64,000 nt of DNA from Rebecca billardiae RCC1528 (Eukaryota; Protista; Haptophyta): NCBI GenBank assembly GCA_965240325.2, contig OZ251233.1, positions 310,001 to 374,000 of the forward strand. The letters run 5' to 3'. A program made the translations under genes and the position numbers. Positions 24,437-34,444 of this stretch are shown one piece after another. The notes beneath the pieces are model-generated. The model worked only from the letters and a program-made list of their open reading frames with translations, was not told the origin of the DNA and made no database searches. Numbering within the stretch: position 1 is the stretch's first letter; every line of letters starts with the position of its first letter.

Positions 24437-27400
24437 GACCAAACTCAGTTATTTTTGACGAGTGTATTCAGTTATCTTCATACACACGTGTGTATGAGCA
24501 CATACACACGTGTGTACGATGAAATACACACCGTCGATGTCATGTGTATGGGATACACAGCAGTGTGTATGAGAATACACACACTGGTGTGTATGGATAC
24601 ACACCAGTGAGGGAGAATACACACTGGGGTGTATGAAAAGTGCACGCGCGTGGTGATTGGCATGACACACTTGCTGATGCACACCTAGCACTACTACACA
24701 CCACTCACCAGTCGATGAGCTACCGCTCCGTGCCAGACCGTGGTGCTCCGGCCCGGGCGCGGACGCGAGTCCGCGCCCCGAAGCGCCTGCGTCGGCCGCA
24801 TGACGGACGATGCGCCTGCATCTGGCTTTGCCCCAAGTGGAGGCGGCGCACGCCACCAAGGCGCCAAGGTGCCAACGCGTGCTGCGTGCGAAAGCTGGAC
24901 CGAGGTTACTCCGAGTCCGAGCTCCTGTCGCAGGACGGCATCGGGTCAATTGTGAGGGCCGTTGCACGCACTTCCGCGATATTGTGAGCTCGGTTCGCGC
25001 ACATCCTCCTCGGCATGCACAGCGGCTTTGGCATGCGCTGCGCGCACATGAACGCGAGCTCCGCTGGCGGGGTGTCTGCGCCGAGCACAAGGACGGCAAG
25101 GTCAGTGTGCTCATCACGTGCCAAGACGACGAGTCGTCGTATCAAGCGGCGCGTCGCAGTCGTCTGCAGTCGTCCCGACAGCGCCAACGTGTCCTCGGCT
25201 TGCTCACCACCGTTGACCCTGAGGGCCTTGCGCATCACACGTGGCGCATCCCTCAGCGACGCTCTGGTGTCGTCGAGCTTCGCGAAGGGCTCTTGTCCGC
25301 ACAAGCGGCCTGGAGTCGTGCCTCTGTGGCTGCAATCGCCTCTTCAGGCCGCCACACGCGGTTGTCCAGCTGAAATTGCGACGGGGCGTTGCTCAGGAGG
25401 TCCGCCCAGTCGCTGGCGGCGTTGCCTGTCGCCATCGCCGCGCGCCCGGGCTCACGCCCACCGGCCGCGCCCGCTGGGTGTGTAATGATGGTGTGTATTC
25501 GAGTGTGTAGCCGAAGAACTTCGTACACACTGATGTTCATTTTCGTACACACCTGAGTACACACCAAATGTGCCCATACACACCATTTACACTCCAGTTT
25601 TCACGGCGTGCCCCCCGAGTTTTGCCAGAATCTGTAGTTTCCGAGAAGCGCAGCCGTCCGCGAGCGCTGGTTGGCCGGCGGCACACGTCTGATCCCCCTT
25701 AGACAATACTCATCTTGGGCTGTATCAGTGGGCACCAACACCAGCTGATACATACAGCCCGGCTGTGTATCAATGCCACCTGATACAGCCCAGCTGTGTA
25801 TCAATGCCGGCTGATACAGGGCCCTGAGCCGACAGGCTGCACAGCCCCAGCCGCCGCGGTACCGTGTCCATACGTCAGCGCGCCCGGCCCGCCGCCCGGA
25901 CTACCGCCTACTATCCGGACTACAGGCCACCTGTATCACTGTATCACTGTATCTGCCTGTATCACTGATACGGGGGGGGCTCCTCCCGGCCGCGCCGCCG
26001 CGCCGCGCCGCCGTCCACCCGGACTGCCGCCACCCGGACTACAGGCCACCTGTATCACTGTATCACTCTGTATCTGCCTGTATCACTGATACAGGGGGGC
26101 TCCTCGGCCGGCTGACGACCGTCGGGCCGCGCAGCGTCGCCCACTGGGCGCGCCGCCCGCCCGCCGCGCCGGATGCCCGGACTGCCGCCGCCACCCGCCC
26201 CCGGGCTTGGCACCGGACTTCAGAGTCCGGGCGACAGAAGTCCGTTCCGGGGCCGCGGCGGGCGTGCGGAGCCGGCGCGGTGGCCGGGACGGGAGCCCCC
26301 CGCCGTATCAGTGATACAGGCAGATACAGTGATACAGTGATACAGCGGCAGCGGGTTTCAAAACGGCCGGGCGATTCGCGGCCGGGCCCGACGACCCCCA
26401 CTCTCGCGCGATGGCCAGGCGCGCGTCTTCGCAGCTCGTGTGGGCGTGAGTGCCGGGCCGCGTCAGGGCGCGCTGGAGCCGTGGCGTGATGGAGACGTGG
26501 CGCCCGTGCGCTGTTCTGCGAGCCGCACCGCGACAGCCAGGCATCGCTGCAGTTGTCGCCACGCACGCTCGCGGCGGCCGCTGACGGCACGGCAGCCGCC
26601 GCCGGCCGTGCCGCGCCAATGACTGACTGGCACGCGCCCTGCGGGCCGAGCGCGCAGGCGAGAGCCGGCACCGTGCCTGCTGGCCGCCGCCGTGTCTGAT
26701 CACCGCCCGTGCCCTCGCCGGCAGCGCGCGTGCGGCGCTGCGTATGCTGCGGCGCACAACGGCTCGCCAGCCAGCTCGGCCGGTCAGGGCCTCGTGCCGT
26801 GTCGCCCCCCGCCCCGCCCCCCCCCGTCTTGCTCACCGTTGACTGATCATCCGCGGCACGCAGGCGAGCCAACTTCACCACCGTCGGGGCCGGGAACTCC
26901 CTGTTCAGGCCGCCGCAATCGTCCCTGTCCGCGCCCGGACTGCTGCCGCCGGCACTCGCCGGCACACGCCCAGACTCCAGACTGCCACCACCCGGACTAC
27001 CAGGCCACCTGCTGTATCACTGTATCACTGTATCTGCCTGTATCACTGATACGGGGGGCCTCCTTGCCAAGCCGCCACCGCGCGCGCCGCCGTCCGCTCC
27101 CGGACTGCCGCCATCCGGACTACAGGCCAGGCCCGTGTATCACTGTATCACTGTATCTGCCTGTATCACTGATACGGGGGGCCTCCTTGCCAGCTGCCGC
27201 GCCGCGCGCGCCGCCGTCCGCTCCCGGACTGCCGCCACCCGGACTACAGGCCAGGCCAGTGTAGTATCACTGTATCACTGTATCTGCCTGTATCACTGAT
27301 ACGGGGGGCCTCCTTGCCAGCTGCCGCGCCGCGCGCGCCGCCGTCCGCTCCCGGACTGCCGCCACCCGGACTACAGGCCAGGCCAGTGTAGTATCACTGT

Positions 27401-30400
27401 ATCACTGTATCTGCCTGTATCACTGATACGGGGGGGCTCCTTGCCAGCTGCCGCGCCGCGCGCGCCGCCGTCCGCTCCCGGACTGCCGCCACCCGGACTA
27501 CAGGCCAGGCCAGTGTAGTATCACTGTATCACTGTATCTGCCTGTATCACTGATACGGGGGGCCTCCTTGCCAGCTGCCGCGCCGCGCGCGCCGCCGTCC
27601 GCTCCCGGAGTCCCGGACTGCCACCATCCGGACCACAGCAGGCCTCCTGTATCACTGTATCACTGTATCTGCCTGTATCACTGATACGGAGGGCCCTCCT
27701 TGCCAAGCCGCCTCCGCGCGCGCCGCCGTCCGCTCCCGGACTGCCCGCCATCAGGACTACAGGCCAGGCCCGTGTATCACTGTATCACTGTATCTGCCTG
27801 TATCACTGATACGGGGGGCCTCCTTGCCAAGCCGCCACCGCGCGCGCCGCCGTCCGCTCCCGGACTGCCGCCATCCGGACTACAAGCCAGGCCAGTGTAG
27901 TATCACTGTATCACTGTATCTGCCTGTATCACTGATACGGGGGGCCTCCTTGCCAGCTGCCGCGCCGCGCGCGCCGCCGTCCGCTTCCGGACTGCCACCA
28001 TCCGGACCACAGCAGGCCTCCTGTATCACTGTATCACTGTATCTGCCTGTATCACTGATACGGAGGGCCCTCCTTGCCAAGCCGCCTCCGCGCGCGCCGC
28101 CGTCCGCTCCCGGACTGCCGCCATCCGGACTACAGGCCAGGCCAGTGTAGTATCACTGTATCACTGTATCTGCCTGTATCACTGATACGGGGGGCCTCCT
28201 TGCCAGCTGCCGCGCCGCGCGCGCCGCCGTCCGCTTCCGGACTGCCACCATCCGGACCACAGCAGGCCTCCTGTATCACTGTATCACTGTATCTGCCTGT
28301 ATCACTGATACGGAGGGCCCTCCTTGCCAAGCCGCCTCCGCGCGCGCCGCCGTCCGCTCCCGGACTGCCGCCATCCGGACTACAGGCCAGGCCCGTGTAT
28401 CACTGTATCACTGTATCTGCCTGTATCACTGATACGGGGGGCCTCCTTGCCAAGCCGCCGCCGCGCGCGCCGCAGTCCGCTCCCGGACTGCCGCCACCCG
28501 GACCACAGCAGGCCTCCTGTATCACTGTATCACTGTATCTGCCTGTATCACTGATACGGGGGGCCTCCTTGCCAGCTGCCGCGCCGCGCGCGCCGCCGTC
28601 CGCTCCCAGACTGCCGCCATCCGGACTACAGGCCAGGCCCGTGTATCACTGTATCACTGTATCTGCCTGTATCACTGATACGGGGGGCCTCCGCGCCGCG
28701 CGCGCCGCCGTCCGCTCCCGGACTACCGCCATCCGGACTAAAGCAGGCCTCCTGTATCACTGTATCACTGTATCTGCCTGTATCACTGATACGGGGGGCC
28801 CTCCTTGCCGAGCCGCCGCCGCGCGCGCCGCCGTCCGCTCCCGGACTGTCGCCATCCGACTACAGGCCAGGCCGTGTATCACTGTATCACTGTATCTGCC
28901 TGTATCACTGATACGGGGGGGCCTCCTTGCCAAGCCGCCTCCGCGCGCGCCGCCGTCCGCTCCCGGACTGTCGCCATCCGGGCTACAGGCCAGGCCCGTG
29001 TATCACTGTATCACTGTATCTGCCTGTATCACTGATACGGGGGGCCTCCTTGCCAAGCCGCCTCCGCGCGCGCCGCCGTCCGCTCCCGGACTGCCGCCAT
29101 CCGGACTACAGGCCAGGCCCGTGTATCACTGTATCACGCACTGTATCTGCCTGTATCACTGATACGGGGGGCCTCCTTGCCAGCTGCCGCGCCGCGCGCG
29201 CCGCCGTCTGCTCCCGGACTACCGCCATCCGGACTAAAGCAGGCCTCCTGTATCACTGTATCACTGTATCTGCCTGTATCACTGATACGGGGGGCCTCCT
29301 TGCCAGCTGCCGCGCCGCGCGCGCCGCCGTCCGCTCCCGGACTGCCGCCATCCGGACTACAGGCCAGGCCCGTGTATCACTGTATCACTGTATCTGCCTG
29401 TATCACTGATACGGGGGGGCTCCTTGCCAGCTGCCGCGCCGCGCGCGCCGCCGTCCGCTCCCGGACTGCCGCCATCCGGACTACAGGCCAGGCCAGTGTA
29501 TCACTGTATCACTGTATCTGCCTGTATTACTACTGATACGGGGGGCCTCCTTGCCAGCTGCCGCGCCGCGCGCGCCGCCGTCCGCTCCCGGACTGCCGCC
29601 ATCCGGACTACAGGCCAGGCCCGTGTATCACTGTATCACTGTATCTGCCTGTATCACTGATACGGGGGGCCTCCTTGCCAAGCCGCCTCCGCGCGCGCCG
29701 CCGTCCGCTCCCGGACTGCCGCCATCCGGACTACAGGCCAGGCCCGTGTATCACTGTATCACTGTATCTGCCTGTATCACTGATACGGGGGGGCCTCCTT
29801 GCCAAGCCGCCTCCGCGCGCGCCGCCGTCCGCTCCCGGACTGTCGCCATCCGGACTACAGGCCAGGCCCGTGTATCACTGTATCACTGTATCTGCCTGTA
29901 TCACTGATACGGGGGGCCTCCTTGCCAAGCCGCCTCCGCGCGCGCCGCCGTCCGCTCCCGGACTGCCGCCATCCGGACTACAGGCCAGGCCCGTGTATCA
30001 CTGTATCACTGTATCTGCCTGTATTACTACTGATACGGGGGGCCTCCTTGCCAGCTGCCGCGCCGCGCGCGCCGCCGTCCGCTCCCGGACTGCCGCCATC
30101 CGGACTACAGGCCAGGCCCGTGTATCACTGTATCACTGTATCTGCCTGTATCACTGATACGGGGGGCCTCCTTGCCAAGCCGCCTCCGCGCGCGCCGCCG
30201 TCCGCTCCCGGACTGCCGCCATCCGGACTACAGGCCAGGCCCGTGTATCACTGTATCACTGTATCTGCCTGTATCACTGATACGGGGGGGGCTCCTTGCC
30301 AAGCCGCCTCCGCGCGCGCCGCCGTCCGCTCCCGGACTGTCGCCATCCGGACTACAGGCCAGGCCCGTGTATCACTGTATCACTGTATCTGCCTGTATCA

Positions 30401-31461
30401 CTGATACGGGGGGCCTCCTTGCCAAGCCGCCACCGCGCGCGCCGCCGTCCGCTCCCGGACTGCCGCCATCCGGACTACAGGCCAGGCCCGTGTATCACTG
30501 TATCACTGTATCTGCCTGTATCACTGATACGGGGGGCCTCCTTGCCAAGCCGCCACCGCGCGCGCCGCCGTCCGCTCCCGGACTGCCGCCATCCGGACTA
30601 CAGGCCAGGCCCGTGTATCACTGTATCACTGTATCTGCCTGTATCACTGATACGGGGGGCCTCCTTGCCAGCTGCCGCGCCGCGCGCGCCGCCGTCTGCT
30701 CCCGGACTACCGCCATCCGGACTAAAGCACTAAGCAGGCCTCCTGTATCACTGTATCACTGTATCTGCCTGTATCACTGATACGGGGGGCCTCCTTGCCA
30801 GCTGCCGCGCCGCGCGCGCCGCCGTCCGCTTCCGGACTGCCGCCATCCGGACTACAGGCCAGGCCCGTGTATCACTGTATCACTGTATCTGCCTGTATCA
30901 CTGATACGGGGGGGCCTCCTTGCCAAGCCGCCTCCGCGCGCGCCGCCGTCCGCTCCCGGACTGCCGCCATCCGGACTACAGGCCAGGCCCGTGTATCACT
31001 GTATCACTGTATCTGCCTGTATCACTGACACGGGGGGGGGGGGGCTCCTCCCGGCCGCGCCGCTGGCCGCCGCACGACCGGCGCGCGGCGGCTGCGCCGC
31101 AGCCACGCGGCGCCTGTCTACTCCTGTCTTCTTCAGGCGGTATCAGATCCACTCTCGTCGTACTGGACGGATCGCTGTCGTTGCGTATGGATATCTATAC
31201 GAGTCGGCACGCATCATTGCGCATAGGTCACAACCACCGCTCCAGGTACCTTCCGGAAGTGTCCCTACAGATGGGTAAAAGACCGCTCAGCCAGGAATCT
31301 AAGGTGCCCCCGCTCTAGGTGCCCCTAGAGCGTGGTGGGGGAGGCTTCCTGGACACCCCTGATTCTGGCAAAACTCGGGGGGCGCACCACACTGTGAACA
31401 CAGTGTGTAAGCAAATAACTGAATACACTCGTCAAAAATAACGTACTGATGAATTTGGTCG
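24437..31461. mobile_element. Putative non-autonomous DNA-transposon-like element with terminal inverted repeats and an internal satellite
   Basis: GTTATTTTTGACGAGTGTATTCAGTTAT (24448-24475) is the exact reverse complement of 31415-31442. A second pair, GCCCCCCGAGTTTTGCCAGAATC (~25610) and GATTCTGGCAAAACTCGGGGGGC (~31361), lies inside. CGACCAAA/TTTGGTCG extends the match outward. No transposase or target-site duplication (TSD) recognised. Confidence 0.65.
25905..31040 (+). repeat. Satellite C: ~123-127-bp unit; about 33 contiguous copies at ~26975-31040 plus diverged or inverted copies at 25905-26346
   Basis: Near-invariant core TGTATCACTGTATCACTGTATCTGCCTGTATCACTGATACGGGGGG alternating with a GC-rich linker; one reverse copy at ~26303-26346. 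Confidence 0.95.
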
Positions 31462-31602
31462 TGGGGTCCATTAAATTCAGGCGGCGGCCCAGTTAGTGCC
31501 AGGCGCTTGGTGCCAGCGGCAGCACCCGTCGGCTGCATGCTGTCAACTAACTTACGACTAACTATAAGCTAGCAGCGTAATACCGAAAAATGCTACCTGT
31601 AG

Positions 31603-33042
31603 TCATAGTGCGTAGTTCGCTTCGTGACGAAGCGTCAAGCTCGTCACCGCCTCGGCGCCTGGATGATGATGTTCCGTGCGAACCGGCGCCTCAGCCGGGC
31701 TGGCGGCAGCGCTTGCGCCGCTATTGCCATCCGCTCCATGCGGCTCACCTGCCCGCGGCACGTGCTTGCCAGCGGCGCGTGCGTGGGGGATAAGCTCGGC
31801 CGTGCTCCGCGCGCTGTCGTCGTCACTTGCGCCGCGCGCGCGGTCCGGGCCCCGCCCGCCGGCCGAGGCCAGGCCTGAGGCCAGGTCTGACTCTGCCGCC
31901 TCCGCCAGCTGCACCGCGCCGATGGGTCCGTCGCGCTGGCCGCGCCGCGCCTCGACGCGCCGCTCGCGCCGGCGCGACGCAGCGAGGGTGAGCGCGCACC
32001 CCGCCAGCACCACCGGCCCCCCCACGGCCGTCCACGCGCCAGGCACGCCCGAGACGCCCATCAGCCAGCCAATCAGAGACGAGGTGAGCGGCTCACCTGC
32101 GGGCGGCGCGCGGCGCGGCGCGGGCAGGCGCGGCGCGGGCGTGAGCCGACCAGCCGGCGGCAGCGCCCCGCCCCGCCGCGTCCGCGCGCGTGCCGCACCG
32201 AGGAAGACGAGCGAGAGCACGAGCGGGTCGATGTAGCGCACGCACAGGTTGATCACCGTGTGCCCGCAGATCCCCGGGCCGAGCGCGAGGTACAGCGAGG
32301 GGAGCGCCCACTGCGCGCTGGCCCAGCCGAGGAGGAGCGGCGGGGCGCGCGGCGAGAGCGGGGCCGGGGCCTCGAAGAGCGCCGACGCCACCGCGAGCGA
32401 CGCCGCCGAGAGGCCGAACACCGGCACGACGTACACGGTGGTCGGCAGCCACTGCCGCACCGATCGGCCAATCACAATGTAGCAGCAGAACGCGAGCGCG
32501 CCGCCGAGCGCGGCGAGGTCGCCGAGCAGCCGGACCTGCTCGACGCGGCCGGCACGCGTGGGGATCGGCGCGTCGTCCACCGCGACGCCGCCCACCATCG
32601 CCAGCGCCAGCCCGCCGAAGCCCAGCGCCACGCCCACGAGCTCGCCCGCGTCGATCGGCAGCCGCAGCGCGCACCGGCCGAGCGCAATCCAGATGGGGTT
32701 GGAGCAGACGAGCAGCACGGAGTGCGTGAGCGTGGTGGCGTCGATCGACCAGATCCACAGCCCAAAGTGCGCGCCGAGGCTGATCCCCGACAGCGCGAGC
32801 CTCAGCAGCGCGCTCGGCGTGCGCAGCCGCGCGCGCGCCTCGGGCTCGAGCGTCCTGAGCTCGTGCGCGAGGAGCGGGAGGAGCGCGGCGGTGGTGAGCT
32901 GCTGGCGCCAGCTCGCGCGCGCGAATGGCGGGACGGCGTCCATCAGCCGCAGCACGGGCGCCGCCGAGCTCACCGCCAGCAGGGAGAGCAGCGGCAGGGC
33001 ATAGGCCCACCATGGAGGCGGCTCACGATCGCCCGCCGCCAT
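31603..33042 (-). CDS. EamA/DMT-family membrane transporter; exons 33042-32199 and 32096-31603
   Basis: About 10 hydrophobic helices with DMT-type motifs (GAHFGLWIWSIDATTLTHSVLLVCSNPIW, GDLAALGGA, GICGHTVIN, GEPLTSSLIGW). An in-frame 102-bp GT-AG intron (32097-32198) removes an Arg-rich non-homologous stretch. Confidence 0.88.
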   Translation of the reverse strand: MAAGDREPPPWWAYALPLLSLLAVSSAAPVLRLMDAVPPFARASWRQQLTTAALLPLLAHELRTLEPEARARLRTPSALLRLALSGISLGAHFGLWIWSIDATTLTHSVLLVCSNPIWIALGRCALRLPIDAGELVGVALGFGGLALAMVGGVAVDDAPIPTRAGRVEQVRLLGDLAALGGALAFCCYIVIGRSVRQWLPTTVYVVPVFGLSAASLAVASALFEAPAPLSPRAPPLLLGWASAQWALPSLYLALGPGICGHTVINLCVRYIDPLVLSLVFLGAARARTRRGGALPPAGRLTPAPRLPAPRRAPPAGEPLTSSLIGWLMGVSGVPGAWTAVGGPVVLAGCALTLAASRRRERRVEARRGQRDGPIGAVQLAEAAESDLASGLASAGGRGPDRARGASDDDSARSTAELIPHARAAGKHVPRAGEPHGADGNSGASAAASPAEAPVRTEHHHPGAEAVTSLTLRHEANYAL

Positions 33043-33187
33043 GCTGATTCGCCGGTCAGGCGGTCAGCAGCCACCCGTTCCACGGCGTGTTGTTCCGCCT
33101 CCAGGCGCCCCGCACCCGGCTCCTGGCGGCAGGATGGCGATCAAGTGGCGCGTGGCCGACGTGCGGCCCGAGATATACGTGACTTGG

Positions 33188-34169
33188 GCGCCGCGCGCCG
33201 CGCTGGCGGGGCGGCCGGGACCCATGCGCGCCTTCGAACCCCCGGCGCCCGCGTGCTCATCGGCTTCCTCCGCCTGCGAGTAGCCCACGACCGCGCCCGC
33301 CGCGCTCTTTGAGTGGGTTGACCGCGCCCGAGCCTGCTCGCCGCCGAGCGCAGGGATGAGTTGAGCACGGCGCGAGGTGGCGATGGCGGTCGGGCGATCG
33401 CATGAGCCCATTTGGGCCCCATCTGCCACGGCGCGACCGCTTCAGCATGCGTATGTGACCCCACATGTCATGGTTGTCTCATGTCGGGTAGCAGGTGAGC
33501 ACTGTCGGCCAGCATGTCCGCGCGCGCGCGCGCGCTCGCGCAAGGCTATACGGGTCGGATGCCGCTCCGTGGCGTCTCGTGATGTCTGCACTACGCAAAC
33601 TGGCTGGCACGATTGGTCCGCATCTGTAGTTATGCGACGCCTGCCGTGTTCGCGACGAGAAGTCAAGCAAGTTCTTCTGGCGACCAGAGTTGCCGTCAGC
33701 ATTGACGCACGTTGCGAGCTGGCAGAGCAGTGAAGGTCATGCCCTTGCTGGCCCACGCTGGGCAATACACGGTAATCAGCATGTCCTGATGCCAACTGTG
33801 ATGTGTTTCCGACCCGTCTGGCCCTGCACAGGCGCGGCGCGCGCGGACACGCTGGCCGACAGTGCTCGCCCGCTACCCGACATCCATGACAAGTGGGGTC
33901 ACATACGCATTCTGAAGCGGTCGCGCCGTGGCAGATGGGGCCCAAATGGGCTCATGCGATCGCCCGACCGCCATCGCCGCCTCGCGCCGTGCTCAACTCA
34001 TCCCTGCGCTCGGCGGCGAGCAGGCTCGGGCGCGGTCAACCCACTCAAAGAGCGCGGCGGGCGCGGTCGTGGGCTACTCGCAGGCGGAGGAAGCCGATGA
34101 GCACGCGGGCGCCGGGGGTTCGAAGGCGCGCGTGGGTCCCGGCCACCCCGCCAGCGCGGCGCGCGGCGC
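33188..34169. mobile_element. Foldback/MITE-like element: ~335-bp inverted arms around a ~310-bp spacer
   Basis: 33188-33527 and 33838-34169 are near-identical reverse complements, with mirrored ORFs on both strands in the ORF track. No TSD seen. Confidence 0.7.
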
Positions 34170-34444
34170 AAACAGCAACTCCTCGACAGCAGAGCGCGTG
34201 GATCGCCGCGACGTCGACGTCGCCCGCCCGCCCCCGCCCCCTCTCAACGGCCGCGGCCCCGCGTGCGCCCACTGTGGTCCGGGAGCTCATGAGGTCGTGT
34301 CACGACCTCATGAGCTCCCGGACCATGTCCGAACTAATCGCCCTTCTGGAACGGGTGGGGAGTCGCCCGGCCGCCCGCCCGGGCCCGGCAAGGCGGGCCC
34401 TCCGTTGGCCGGCCTGCTGCTCGGCGCCATCCCCATCAGGCCAT

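Noticed and set aside
24810-25485. Short ORFs inside the 7-kb element as a transposase
   Set aside because: No recognisable DDE, HUH or tyrosine-recombinase motif and no clear coding bias.
25905-31040. CRISPR array interpretation of satellite C
   Set aside because: The linkers are near-identical variants rather than unique spacers, no cas genes are present, and the context is eukaryotic.
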